Part shown: positions 41,302-51,378 of the stretch, one piece after another
Layout of the letters: every line of letters begins with the position of its first letter
Position numbering within the stretch: position 1 is the first letter of the stretch
DNA from: Terriglobia bacterium
Lineage (GTDB): Bacteria > Acidobacteriota > Terriglobia > Bryobacterales > Bryobacteraceae
Reading direction: 5' to 3'
Assembly: GCA_963718155.1 (NCBI GenBank)
Contig: CAVQYP010000004.1
Span: 373,943 to 437,942, forward strand
Length of the DNA stretch: 64,000 nt
Position numbers and translations under genes: made by a program
The notes under the pieces: model-generated
What the model saw: the letters and a program-made list of their open reading frames with translations, nothing else
What the model was told of the DNA's origin: nothing
Database searches by the model: none

Positions 41302-41389
41302 GGCGATTTCTCCGAACGCGATTATACAGCCGCCGCGCGCAAGAAATAACCGAACGGACGGGCGGCAGTATTCGTCAGAGAGAGAGAAG

Positions 41390-42157
41390 TTGATGAAGAA
41401 ACTTGCGCTTTTGGTTGCGGTCGCAACTGTTATGCCGGGGCAGGCGCCGGTGTCAGGCCCCGAGTCGAATAACGGCCCCGCGTTCGAAGTGGCCGCGATC
41501 CGCCCCGCAAACGATGACGGCAACCACGACAATGACAGCGACAACGGCATCGTCCGGATACACAACTACACTCTGAAGCGGTTGATTTCCCGCGCGTGGG
41601 AAATCGATATGAGCGAGATATACGGTGGGCCGAACTGGATCGATTCCGAGAGCTATGACATCAACGCGAAAATTCCCGCCGAGTTCGTACGGGCGTACAA
41701 CAAAGTGCCCCAAATGATGCAGAATCTCCTGGCAGAACGGTTCCGACTTCGAATTCATCGCGAACCGCGCCAGATAGCGGGTTATCAGCTCCTGTTGGCA
41801 AAAAAAGGTCTTCGTATGGAAAACGCAAGGCCGGATCAGAAAGATTCCAGCAGCATGAACTCGAATAATTCGAATCTCAAAGCTCAGAACGTAACGATGG
41901 AAGCTTTTGCGAGGTATCTGTCACGCAATCGGGACATAGGGAAGATCGTGGCGGACAAAACGGGTTTGACGGGCGGATTCAACTTTGAGCTGGAATGGAC
42001 TCCTGAACGGATCGAATCCAGTCCCGATCCCTCCACTGATGATCACCCCTCAATATTCACGGCGATCCAGGATCGTCTCGGCTTGAAACTGGAACCAGGC
42101 AGGGTAGATGTGCTGACAATCGTAATCGACCGCGCGGAAAAACCTGACGCAAACTGA
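41390..42157 (+). CDS. TIGR03435-like soil-associated (Acidobacterial) protein
   Basis: Signal peptide, FEVAAIRP, NYTLKRLISRAWEI and YGGPNWIDSESYDINAK are hallmarks of TIGR03435 as I recall it. Confidence 0.75.
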   Translation: MMKKLALLVAVATVMPGQAPVSGPESNNGPAFEVAAIRPANDDGNHDNDSDNGIVRIHNYTLKRLISRAWEIDMSEIYGGPNWIDSESYDINAKIPAEFVRAYNKVPQMMQNLLAERFRLRIHREPRQIAGYQLLLAKKGLRMENARPDQKDSSSMNSNNSNLKAQNVTMEAFARYLSRNRDIGKIVADKTGLTGGFNFELEWTPERIESSPDPSTDDHPSIFTAIQDRLGLKLEPGRVDVLTIVIDRAEKPDAN

Positions 42158-42183
42158 ATTTTCAGGAAGGCGTTCCGGCCGGG

Positions 42184-42504
42184 CTATTTCGCCTCGACGA
42201 TTGAGTCCACCTGAATCGTTTTGTTCTTCGGATTCAGAGTCCCCCTGACTGTAACTCTTTTTCCCGCAAACTTCTCCGGCGTCTTCTGATCGCTCAGGGT
42301 CCAGCTTTGCTTACCGTCATACAGAACGTACGAAGCGCCATGGGATGCGACGCAGGCGATCACGCATTCGGCGTTCGTCGGGCCCATCTTCATATGCGAA
42401 TGATCGGCATCGGAGCACTCGCTATCCGTAATGACACCAGTAAACTGGCCTTGCGCCGCGAGGAGCACCGCGCCGAGCGCAAGACCAGAAGCCAGACGCT
42501 TCAT
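42184..42504 (-). CDS. Small secreted Cys-containing hypothetical protein
   Basis: 106 aa with signal peptide MKRLASGLALGAVLLAAQG and three Cys residues. Confidence 0.55.
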   Translation of the reverse strand: MKRLASGLALGAVLLAAQGQFTGVITDSECSDADHSHMKMGPTNAECVIACVASHGASYVLYDGKQSWTLSDQKTPEKFAGKRVTVRGTLNPKNKTIQVDSIVEAK

Positions 42505-42525
42505 AAACGCCCTTCGGCGTTGTTA

Positions 42526-43077
42526 TTATTCGCCCGGGGTCATGAGGTGGGCTGTCGTGGTGCCCGCATTCATGATCCATACGCCACCCTGCTTGTTGTT
42601 ATCCGGCAGGCCAAGCGACTGAGTCGTAGCACCAGGAACGGCAATTGTCATATGCGTACGCAGATGGTCGGCGTCCGCGCCCATCACGTGATACCAGACG
42701 GAACCGAACTCCGGCTTAACTCGCGTACCGTCCTTCTCGGCCGCATCGATCGCCGCCTGAACAGTCTTCTTGTCACCCATTGCCTCAAACTTCAGGTTCT
42801 GAGCGGCCCGATCAAGGTTCCCGAGGTTCGTGCACTCCGCGGCGAACGGTTGCTGACCCGGCTGGCCGGAACGGTCGTAGCAGACCAGCTTATTCGTCCC
42901 CTTTCGCAGCGTGTCGTATGTGAAATCGGACTTCCACTTGATTACCGTGGCGCCGTCTTTCAATTGTTTCGGGGCGGCAGTTAACGCCTTCTGAAGGGCG
43001 GGGTCGTCGGACGCTTGCGCGAACGCGCCGGCCGAAACCGCCAGTATGCCTAAAAGAACCTGTACCGTGCGTTTCAT
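42526..43077 (-). CDS. Secreted hypothetical protein
   Basis: The ORF extends to 43263. The ATG at 43077 gives signal peptide MKRTVQVLLGILAVSAGAFAQA. Confidence 0.55.
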   Translation of the reverse strand: MKRTVQVLLGILAVSAGAFAQASDDPALQKALTAAPKQLKDGATVIKWKSDFTYDTLRKGTNKLVCYDRSGQPGQQPFAAECTNLGNLDRAAQNLKFEAMGDKKTVQAAIDAAEKDGTRVKPEFGSVWYHVMGADADHLRTHMTIAVPGATTQSLGLPDNNKQGGVWIMNAGTTTAHLMTPGE

Positions 43078-43202
43078 TATGTGAACTCCCAATTCGTTCG
43101 CCCGGATCTTTATTGCCCGGGCGATCAGAGTCAGTATATCGCGATATGCGCGATTGAACCGGACAAGGGTTAGCGAGCCCTCCCGACGGTGTAAGCCAGG
43201 CG

Positions 43203-46200
43203 CTATTGCAATGCCGCGGCTTGCACACTCACGTGCCCGGTGGTTCCCGACGTCAGCGTCCATGTCACGGTAAGAGTCTGTCCCGGGCTTCCCGCAGTGT
43301 AAGTCAGCGTATAGTTGCCGTCGTACTGCCCGGCGGAGCCCGCCGCCGTGTTTGTGTAATCCGCAGCGGATCCGTCCGAGAGGTGCGCGGTCAGCGTACC
43401 TGCGCCATTCCAGCCCGAAACATGCACCGTCAGCTTGCGCGTCGTTGTGTCGGCTGGAGCGGTAAAGGAGAACCCGTTGCCAAGGCCGTAGACGAAAACA
43501 TCGTTCGTGTCGCTGGAGGCAATGTCAGGGGGAGTTCCATCCGTCCAGCTCACGGATCGGAGGTCGGTCGATTGCGTCGTCGGCGCCGTCCCGATTGTCG
43601 TATAGGTGCTCAGTTGAGCCGTCACGCCCGCCTTCCGGTGCAGTGCGGCGTCTCCCCAATGTATCCAGTCGATGGGCCCCTCCGCGGTCAGATTCACCTC
43701 TGCTTGCGAAGTTGTAGCGGATCCAGCCAGAGAACCGACAGCCGCAGTAGTCAACGCCGCCGCCATCAAGGTGACATTCCCCGAGGTGCCCGATGTCATC
43801 GTCCAGGTCACCGTAAGACTCTGTCCCGCGCTGGCCGCACTATAGGTGAGCGTATAGTTGCCGTCGTACTGCCCGGTGGAACCCGCTGTCGTGTTCGTGT
43901 AATCGAGCGCGGAGCCGTCTGAGAGGTGTGCGGTTAGTGTAGCCCCGCTGTTCCATCCACCGACGTGCAGTATGAGCTTCCGCGTCGTCGTATCGGCGGG
44001 AGCGGTGAGGGACAAACCGTCGCCGATCGAGTAGACAAAAATTCCATTCCGGTTATTTGTGACACTTCCCGTGGATGTGCCGTCGGTCCAGCTTACAGAC
44101 CGCGGATCGCAACAGTATTGCAGCGCCGGCGCCCAGCCGACTACGGTGTAGCTGGTCAGCTGTGGAGGTACGCCCGCCTTCCGGTTTACTGCGGAGTCCC
44201 CCCAGTGAATCCAGTCGACGGTTCCTTCCGCGGTGAGGTTCACTGCAGGCGCTGACGTGGAAACCGTTCCGCTCAAAGAACCGCTGAGTGTTGGAGGCGT
44301 ATTTGTAAGACTGAAGATGGCGGATGTCCCCACACCTGCCGCAGTCGCCGTAACCGTATAGCTGCCTGCCTGTCCGTTAGCCGTGAATGCGGGCGCTGTG
44401 GCCAGTCCGGAGGCATTGGTCGTAACCGTTGCAGTAGCCGACCCGCCGAAGGTTCCGCTGGCCCCGCTTCCCGGCGCCGTGAACGTAACTGCCACCCCGG
44501 CTGCCAGGTTGCCGAGGGCATCCGTTACGGTCGCCTGTAGCGCCGTGGCGAACATCGTGCTCGCGACGGTGCTCTGCAGTGTACCCGCGCTTGCCGTTAC
44601 GTTTGCCGACTGCAGGGACGCTCCACTTATGGCTATATTTCCCGTACCGGCGGTCAGAGCCCAGGTCACCCTCAGTGTTTGTCCGGCGCTTCCCGCACGA
44701 TAGGTCAGAGTATAATTGCGAGCGTACTGGCCGCTGGCCAGCGTGGTGGTATCCGTGAAGTCCGGAGCTGATCCATCTGAGAGATGTGCGGTTAGTTTGC
44801 CGGCGCTGTTCCAGCCGCCCACATGTACGACGAACGTCACCGTCGCGATGCCGGCGGGAGCTGTAATCGAGAGGGTTTGGCCAACGCCGCGGATATAGAC
44901 TCCACCCTGATTCAGGCTGCCGCTCGCGGTGGGAGCGCCATCGGTCCAGCTGATGGCACGCAAACCGTCGCTGTAGCCGACGGTTGGCCCCGATGCGACG
45001 AGGGCTCCTAACTGGGAGGTAACTCCTGCCTTGCGATTTACCCCCTCCGGCCCCCAGTGCTCCCAGTCCGAACTGCCTTCCATGGTCAGGTTAACCGCAG
45101 CGCTGGAGCTGTCTCCTGTGCCCGTCAGGTGGCCGCCAGCGGCGGTGGCAAGCAATCCATAAACGTTCAATACTTTGTCGAAGGTGGGTAAGTATACGTA
45201 GCCGTTCGCTACGGTCGGAGGACACCACTTGGCCCAGCTTCCGGCATTGTCGCGCGTCTTATTCTGGTTACTGTCCCAGAGTTCGGTCGCGACATTCGAT
45301 GCGTCAAAAGCGCGCAGAATCCCGGGATGAGCGTTACCGTCGTTGCCGCCGGCTCCAGGGTAGGTATAGGTGGCCCAAAGAATCCCAGTGCCTGGCGTAT
45401 TGCCGTTCGCAGAGACGGAGATTGCCGGTTCATTCGAATAGTCGTCGGGAACGATAAACATGCCCTGCGTCGGAGTTGTGTTAAAGGTAGTGCCGTTGAA
45501 GGCAAAAGCCTTGAGAATATCTCTTCTTCCCCACGAATACAGGGTCGAGTTATAAAAAGCAGATCCGCCGAAGATGCCCCCGTCGCCGGTCGTCAGGAAG
45601 TCGTAAGTTCCCTGCCACTCTTGCACCACCTGATCGGTCATGGCGTTAAACTTCCCCAAATTATTCAAATTCCAGAGGAAAAAGGTGCCGGCCTTCCCGA
45701 CCCCCACGCCGAGAGATGTGCCAGGTATGAGAATCGGTCCACTGGACCCGAGGTCGGCATCGTCCGGATCCAGCTGGCTCTGATTTGAGGGAGAGAAGTA
45801 ATCGACGACTGCCAGGTTACTCGGATTTAACTTAAGCATGCTGTCGCCGTAATCCGTACCACCGTTATTCGCGTCCAACGGTCCCTGACCGGATTGCACG
45901 TAAATGAAACCATTCGCATCCGCTGCGGGAGCCACGCCGCCCTGCCATACACCGCTAGCGTGTGAATTGGGCGCAAGGCACCGAACCGCTGTTTGCTGAA
46001 GAGTGGTGGCGTTGTATCCAAATATCCAACCCTGGTAGGGCTCGATATCGAGGTGCGAACCGAAGCCTATATATATGTTGCCGTTCGAGAGGAGAAGCCC
46101 GGGCCTTTGCCAGTGATTAATGGGAACAAAATTCATTACACCGTTGCTGCTGCCTGTCCCCTTGCCGGGTGCACTACCCTGGATTGCGACAGGCCCGTTA

Positions 46201-46724
46201 AACTTCTCCGCTCCCGTTGTAACATCGAGAGCGTGCAAACGGAAGATCCCGTTGCCGCCCTCATACGTTTCGGCTACCACGTAAAGAGTGCCGGATGATT
46301 CGTCGATGACGGGCGTACCCGTAATTCCGATTTCGGGGATGAGATTGTCGGTGGCTCCAATTACCGGAGCCGGCATTGGCGTTCCGAGAGTAACTTGCCA
46401 GAGTGGAGTCGCCGTTTTTGGATCGTCAGCGTCAAACGCGTAGACGCTATCGTGCTCCGTAGCCACGTACACGACATTATGTACACCTTTATTCGGGATA
46501 ATTACCGTCGAAAGATAGAGCGGTTGGGCGTAGATTTGTCCGTCCACGTTTCTCGCGAATAATTTGCCAAAAGAACTGGAATTTACGGTGGATGTATTCA
46601 GTACCGTTTCGCTTGTATTTGCGCCGGTTCGGTTGACATCATTGTGCTGCGTGGCGACGGCCACCTGGCCCGTCAGAACAGATGGAATAAATAGCAATCC
46701 TATTTGAAACAGGCTGACTTTCAC
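43203..46724 (-). CDS. 1173-aa secreted protein: N-terminal PQQ/BamB-like beta-propeller, three ~170-aa repeated modules and one bacterial Ig-like domain
   Basis: Signal peptide MKVSLFQIGLLFIPSVLTGQ. Propeller at about nt 45150-46652. Repeated modules at nt 44610-45107, 43749-44261 and 43206-43718 share NLTAEG..DWIHWGD..NRKAGV..SVSWTDGT..TAPADTTTRKL..HVGGWN..LTAHLSDGSA.DYTNT..GQYDGNYTLTY. Ig-like segment at 44301-44582. Confidence 0.85.
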   Translation of the reverse strand: MKVSLFQIGLLFIPSVLTGQVAVATQHNDVNRTGANTSETVLNTSTVNSSSFGKLFARNVDGQIYAQPLYLSTVIIPNKGVHNVVYVATEHDSVYAFDADDPKTATPLWQVTLGTPMPAPVIGATDNLIPEIGITGTPVIDESSGTLYVVAETYEGGNGIFRLHALDVTTGAEKFNGPVAIQGSAPGKGTGSSNGVMNFVPINHWQRPGLLLSNGNIYIGFGSHLDIEPYQGWIFGYNATTLQQTAVRCLAPNSHASGVWQGGVAPAADANGFIYVQSGQGPLDANNGGTDYGDSMLKLNPSNLAVVDYFSPSNQSQLDPDDADLGSSGPILIPGTSLGVGVGKAGTFFLWNLNNLGKFNAMTDQVVQEWQGTYDFLTTGDGGIFGGSAFYNSTLYSWGRRDILKAFAFNGTTFNTTPTQGMFIVPDDYSNEPAISVSANGNTPGTGILWATYTYPGAGGNDGNAHPGILRAFDASNVATELWDSNQNKTRDNAGSWAKWCPPTVANGYVYLPTFDKVLNVYGLLATAAGGHLTGTGDSSSAAVNLTMEGSSDWEHWGPEGVNRKAGVTSQLGALVASGPTVGYSDGLRAISWTDGAPTASGSLNQGGVYIRGVGQTLSITAPAGIATVTFVVHVGGWNSAGKLTAHLSDGSAPDFTDTTTLASGQYARNYTLTYRAGSAGQTLRVTWALTAGTGNIAISGASLQSANVTASAGTLQSTVASTMFATALQATVTDALGNLAAGVAVTFTAPGSGASGTFGGSATATVTTNASGLATAPAFTANGQAGSYTVTATAAGVGTSAIFSLTNTPPTLSGSLSGTVSTSAPAVNLTAEGTVDWIHWGDSAVNRKAGVPPQLTSYTVVGWAPALQYCCDPRSVSWTDGTSTGSVTNNRNGIFVYSIGDGLSLTAPADTTTRKLILHVGGWNSGATLTAHLSDGSALDYTNTTAGSTGQYDGNYTLTYSAASAGQSLTVTWTMTSGTSGNVTLMAAALTTAAVGSLAGSATTSQAEVNLTAEGPIDWIHWGDAALHRKAGVTAQLSTYTTIGTAPTTQSTDLRSVSWTDGTPPDIASSDTNDVFVYGLGNGFSFTAPADTTTRKLTVHVSGWNGAGTLTAHLSDGSAADYTNTAAGSAGQYDGNYTLTYTAGSPGQTLTVTWTLTSGTTGHVSVQAAALQ

Positions 46725-47045
46725 TAGATAATCCCCCGTTAAAAAGGTGAGATTTTTGTAATGGATTTCACATTATAGCACCGGCCTCTCGTTAAATAAA
46801 AGTACATTGCGTACCAAACTCGGTAAAAAGAACGCGCCGTGTTCAAGCGCCCACAATGGCGTCGGCCTGCGCCCTGAGCCGGAATTTCGCTGCGGATACC
46901 TCGATATCCGGCGTCAATTAGGTGCAAACAACAACGTTAACCGGAGGCCTGGCTTCCGTCAACCTCTCTTCAGTCGAGCCGGACTATCTTCGGGCTCGAG
47001 CTGTCTCTAAACCTTCAAAGCGTGGAGATGACGCCCGGGGGCCAT

Positions 47046-47436
47046 ATTTACCGTTGTCACGCGCGAACACGGTTCAACATCGAGGTGCGAACCGAAGCCT
47101 ATATATTATGTTGCCGTTCGACAAAAGAAGCCGGGCCGTTGCCAGTAATTGATGGGGATAAACTTCATCACACCGTTGCTGCTGCCTGTTCCCGTGCCGG
47201 GTCCACTGCCCTGGATTGCGACAGGCCCGTTAAACTTCTCCTCTCCTGTTGTGACATCGAGAGAATGCAAACGGAAGATCCCGGCTGCCGCCCTCATAGG
47301 TTTCAGCTACCACGTACCATTTCGCTGGTATCGGCGACGGCTCGGTTGACATCATTGTGCTGCGAGTAACGGCCACCTGGCCTGTCAGAACAGACGGACT
47401 AAGTAGTAATCCTATTGAAAACAGGTTAACTTTCAC
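47046..47436 (-). pseudogene. Decayed, internally deleted copy of the 5' part of the 1173-aa gene
   Basis: MKVNLFSIGLLLSPSVLTGQVAV.. matches MKVSLFQIGLLFIPSVLTGQVAV. GIFRLHSLDVTTGEEKFNGPVAIQGSGPGTGTGSSNGVMKFIPINYWQRPG matches aa 159-209 of the intact gene. It carries frameshifts and a roughly 310-bp deletion. Confidence 0.75.
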
Positions 47437-47512
47437 TAAATAATCCCCCGCAAAGATGTCAGTGTTTTGAAGATTTCAAACTATAGCACCGACTTATCGT
47501 CCTTTAAAATAC

Positions 47513-47871
47513 AGCCTCCTCAGCGAAATTTGTGGGTAACATTCGAGTCTACGATGGCCCATAACCTCATTAAACCCCTGCCAGATTGAGCGTTCAGCGA
47601 TGGTCGGAGGTCGCGTGAGTGTCGTATTTTCACAGGGACGTTTTTTGGAGCTGATGCGGGGTCAAGTACGACACCCGTTGGTTCATCCCCGCCATCGCAA
47701 TCCCTTAGCGTTTCCTCTCGCCCGATAACCCCGACGGCCCGCCAGATAGCGGTTTCGGACGAGTCAACATCCCGCGCTCAGCTCTTTTGTGCGGCACCGC
47801 AATTCCGCCTGTCAATGAGGGGTTCAGCAGCGATCATTGGCGAAGTTACCCACAAATTCCGCCGAAGACCC
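47513..47871. mobile_element. MITE-like non-autonomous insertion (~359 bp) with imperfect terminal inverted repeats and a 7-bp flanking direct repeat
   Basis: The left end ..CAGCGAAATTTGTGGGTAAC and the right end GTTACCCACAAATTCCGCCG are reverse complements (14 nt perfect, about 23 of 25 overall). AAAATAC flanks both sides (47506-47512 and 47872-47878). The paralogous sequence at 46790-46832 lacks the insert. Confidence 0.55.
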
Positions 47872-47908
47872 AAAATACGTACCAAACTCGATTAAAGAAG
47901 CCGCGATC

Positions 47909-48307
47909 TTACACCCGCCGGCGCCGCAGGTCCAGAATCAAGCGCATCACGCGCTGCTCCAGATCGCTCCTCGCCGCGCGGTAGATCTCTATCGGGGATT
48001 TATAAGGATCCTGCACCTGCCACTCGATCAGTTCCTTCGGAGGGGGGCCGGGCAAACGAAATCCGGCCATATTAATGACCAGATCGTAGTTAACTATAGT
48101 TAGCAGATCGTAGCGCCTCGGCACGTGGCGCGAGATATCGACGTTCAGCTCCGCCATCACCTCTACCGTCTCGGGCATTACTGACGGTACCGGAGCCAGG
48201 CCGGCGCTTGAGGCCTTTAGAACATCGCTGCCATAGAGGTTGGCGAAGCCCTCTGCCATGGGACTTCGGCACGTATTACCGATGCAGACAAAAAGAACCC
48301 GTTTCAA
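47909..48307 (-). CDS. Low-molecular-weight protein tyrosine phosphatase / ArsC(LMWP)-family protein
   Basis: CX5R(S) P-loop: VCIGNTCRSPMAEG. 132 aa. Confidence 0.8.
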   Translation of the reverse strand: MKRVLFVCIGNTCRSPMAEGFANLYGSDVLKASSAGLAPVPSVMPETVEVMAELNVDISRHVPRRYDLLTIVNYDLVINMAGFRLPGPPPKELIEWQVQDPYKSPIEIYRAARSDLEQRVMRLILDLRRRRV

Positions 48308-48889
48308 AGCTTGCTCAGGAATAACTTATGCACCCGTCGTATCCTGCGTGAGTTCCGGATGAAATGTTGCGACCAGATGGCGGCCTTGCTCCACCAGCAC
48401 CGGGTCGCCTTCATATTGTGCCAGAACTCGTACGCCCGGGCCGGTGCGGCGGATGATCGGCGCCCGGATGAAGACCGCTTCCACGTCTCCCTCGCCCGCA
48501 CGCTGCTCGAAACTCGGAACCTGGATGAATGTTCGCCACGCGGCTATCGATCTGCCGCCCGTAAGCGTTGCGCTCCACCGTCAGATCGATCAGGCCGAAG
48601 CTCTCCTGCGCCGGATTCTGGACTTCCTTCGCCAGCAGAATCGCGCCGGCGCAGGTCCCGAAAACCGGTTTTTCGCGCGCAAACTCCCGTAGCGGCTCTT
48701 TCAGATTCATGAAGTTCAGGAGCTTGAGCATGGTGGTGCTCTCGCCGCCCGGAATCACCAGGCCGTCGACGTTCTGTCAGATCCTCGGCCGTCCGCACGA
48801 GGACGGGTTCCGCGCCCGCGCGCTCGAGCGCCTTCGCATGCGCTTCGAAATCGCCCTGCAGCGCGAGAATGCCCGACCCTTTTCTTCAT
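48304..48889 (-). pseudogene. pdxT: Pyridoxal 5'-phosphate synthase glutaminase subunit, at least 4 frame breaks
   Basis: MKKRVG / [19 protein letters not shown] / [30 protein letters not shown] / ..HLVATFHPELTQDT / RVHKLFLSKL occur in order but in different frames. Confidence 0.7.
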
Positions 48890-48909
48890 TCCCTTATCTC
48901 CAGGCGTTA

Positions 48910-49797
48910 TCACCAGCCCCGCGTCTGCATCAGCTCTTCTTCCGGCAGCTTCGAAATGTCGAGGCCCGGCATCGCCATCCCGAGTTCTTCGCTCGCTTCG
49001 AGCAGCTTCTCCGGATCGTTGAAGTAAGTCGTGGCCTTCACGATGGCTTTCGCGCGCGCCTCCGGATCTTCGCTCTTGAAGATGCCGGAGCCGACGAACA
49101 CCGCTTCGGCGCCCAGTTGCATCACCAGCGCCGCATCGGCCGGCGTCGCGATTCCGCCCGCGGAAAAATTCGGCACCGGCAGCTTGCCATGCTCCGCCAC
49201 CCACTCCACCAGTTCCAGCGGAGCGCCCAGATTCTTCGCCTCGTGCACCAGTTCTTCTTTGCCCAGCACCGTGAGCTGCCTCATCTCCTTGACGATCGTG
49301 CGGATGTGGCGCACCGCTTCGACGATGTTGCCCGATCCCGCTTCGCCCTTGGTGCGAATCATGGCCGCGCCTTCGGCGATCCGCCGCAGCGCTTCGCCCA
49401 GATTGCGCGCGCCGCACACGAACGGCACTTTGAAATCGCGCTTGTCGATGTGGTGTTCTTCATCGGCCGGCGTCAGCACTTCGCTCTCGTCGATGTAATC
49501 GACGCCCAGCGCTTCCAGAATGCGCGCTTCCGTGAAGTGGCCGATGCGCGCCTTCGCCATCACCGGAATCGAGACCGTCGCCATGATCTCGCGGATCTTG
49601 CTGATCGGCGACATGCGCGCCACGCCGCCTTCCTTGCGAATATCCGAAGGCACGCGTTCCAGCGCCATCACCGCGACGGCGCCCGCTTTTTCGGCAATCA
49701 CCGCCTGTTCGGCGTTGACGACGTCCATGATGACGCCGCCCTTCAGCATCTCGGCCAGTCCGACCTTCAGCCGAAATTGTTCGTCTTGAAGAACCAT
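48910..49797 (-). CDS. pdxS: Pyridoxal 5'-phosphate synthase lyase subunit
   Basis: The start at 49797 gives [32 protein letters not shown]. Contains [15 protein letters not shown]. Intact 295 aa, very strong PdxS pattern. Confidence 0.92.
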   Translation of the reverse strand: MVLQDEQFRLKVGLAEMLKGGVIMDVVNAEQAVIAEKAGAVAVMALERVPSDIRKEGGVARMSPISKIREIMATVSIPVMAKARIGHFTEARILEALGVDYIDESEVLTPADEEHHIDKRDFKVPFVCGARNLGEALRRIAEGAAMIRTKGEAGSGNIVEAVRHIRTIVKEMRQLTVLGKEELVHEAKNLGAPLELVEWVAEHGKLPVPNFSAGGIATPADAALVMQLGAEAVFVGSGIFKSEDPEARAKAIVKATTYFNDPEKLLEASEELGMAMPGLDISKLPEEELMQTRGW

Positions 49798-49825
49798 TAC
49801 TCTCTCCTGATTTTGTGTTCCCAAC

Positions 49826-51283
49826 TCAAACCAGCGCGAGCGCCGGATGCGAATCCCGATTCTCTCTCGCATCGGCCGCATTCTGGATTAACCTGCCTAA
49901 AATCTCGATTCCCTTGCGGATCTCATTCGGATCGAGACCCGCGAAACTCAGCCGCAGCCCGGAATCGAGCGACCGCGACACGGAAAAATATCGCCCGGGA
50001 AGGTAATCGATGCCTGCCTGCTGCGCGAGCCCGCGCAATGCGACCGCGTCCAGATCGCCCGGTAAATTGATCCACATGTTCATGCCGCCGGCCGGAACCT
50101 TCCACTCGCACATCGGCAAAAACCTGCGGCAGGATTGATCGAGCGCCCGCAGCTTTTCCTTTGCCGCCGCAATCACGATTTCCTGATGCCGTGCGAGCTT
50201 GCCCGACTCTGCGAATCGCAAGAGGAAGGCCTGCGAAAGATGATCCGTGTGCAGATCCGCAAGCTGTTTGAGCTCGGTAGCGCGGGCGATTACCGGACGG
50301 GGCGCGATAATCCAGCCCACGCGAATTCCTGGAAACGCGATTTTCGAAAAACTCCCCAGCAGAATCACATTGGGATCGAGCTGTTTCAGCCGTGGAGGCT
50401 CGCCAGACGAACACGCCAGCTCGCTGTAGATGTCGTTCTCGATCACAGCCGCACCGGCGGAGCGAGCCAGACCGCAAATCTCGGCGCGATGCGCTTCCGG
50501 AATTGTCGCGCCGGTCGGATTTTGAAACGAGGGCGTTACCACCACCACTTTGGCGCCTGCATCGAGAGCCCGTTCCAGGGAATAGAGATCGACGCCTTCC
50601 GCGTCCGTCGCAACACCGATCAGTTCCGCGCCCGCTTCCAGAAACAGGTTCTTGAGCCCGGGATAGACCGGCTCTTCCAGCGCGACCCTCTCACCAGCGC
50701 GAACCAGCGCACGCCGGAGCAGATCCAGCGCCTGCTGGCATCCGTTGGTGATGAGGATGTCGTCCGATTCCCGCGCGATCCCGTTGCGAATCGCCTGATC
50801 CATGAGATAGCGGCGCAAAGGTTCGTAACCGCCGGGCGAACCGAGCTGCATCAGGTTCTTGAGATTTTCGCTTTCGAGAACCTCGCGACAGCACTCCCGA
50901 AATTCCCCAAGCGGGAACAGTTTCTCCGAAGGCCGTGAACTCGTAAAACTGATGACGCCGTTCAACGAACTTCCGGCTCCTGTCGAAGCCGACGCCGTCA
51001 ACGTTCGGGACCAGTTGAGGGAGCCCGGATCAGGCTCGGGAACTCCGCAAACATAGCTGCCGCGTCCCACTTCGCCCTTAACCAGACCTTCGGCTTCGAG
51101 AATGTCATACGCCGCTGAGATCGTAGTTCGGTTCAAGCCGAGCTTCAAAGCAAGTTCACGAGTGGGAGGAAGGCGGTCGCCGCGACGGAGTTCGCCGTTC
51201 TCCATGAGCCGCTTCAGGTATGACCCGAGCTGCCGATATATCGGGATCTCTGAGCCAGGATCCAGGTTGGGCCGAAACTCCAT
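49826..51283 (-). CDS. MocR-family regulator (GntR HTH + aminotransferase-like domain), PdxR-like by context
   Basis: N-terminal wHTH: [51 protein letters not shown]. The aminotransferase fold has [14 protein letters not shown] (PLP Lys). Lies 28 bp upstream of pdxS on the same strand. Confidence 0.8.
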   Translation of the reverse strand: MEFRPNLDPGSEIPIYRQLGSYLKRLMENGELRRGDRLPPTRELALKLGLNRTTISAAYDILEAEGLVKGEVGRGSYVCGVPEPDPGSLNWSRTLTASASTGAGSSLNGVISFTSSRPSEKLFPLGEFRECCREVLESENLKNLMQLGSPGGYEPLRRYLMDQAIRNGIARESDDILITNGCQQALDLLRRALVRAGERVALEEPVYPGLKNLFLEAGAELIGVATDAEGVDLYSLERALDAGAKVVVVTPSFQNPTGATIPEAHRAEICGLARSAGAAVIENDIYSELACSSGEPPRLKQLDPNVILLGSFSKIAFPGIRVGWIIAPRPVIARATELKQLADLHTDHLSQAFLLRFAESGKLARHQEIVIAAAKEKLRALDQSCRRFLPMCEWKVPAGGMNMWINLPGDLDAVALRGLAQQAGIDYLPGRYFSVSRSLDSGLRLSFAGLDPNEIRKGIEILGRLIQNAADARENRDSHPALALV

Positions 51284-51378
51284 CGCAAATTTACTATAAC
51301 AGATTGGACTGGCAAATGGACTGGCAAAAAGCCCAGCCAATCAGCCATTGGACGGTCCGATAAAATGCGAAGCAGGCT

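Noticed and set aside
48568-50070. Very long alternative-frame or antisense ORFs. Examples: 48568-50070 (+), 5628-6419 (+), 7983-8732 (+), 10308-11450 (+), 20191-21321 (+), 51724-52818 (-), 53214-54080 (-), 61736-62677 (-).
   Set aside because: They overlap genes with strong protein-family signatures on the other strand or frame. Their translations are Arg/Pro/Gly/His-rich and low in complexity, as expected for shadow ORFs in GC-rich DNA.
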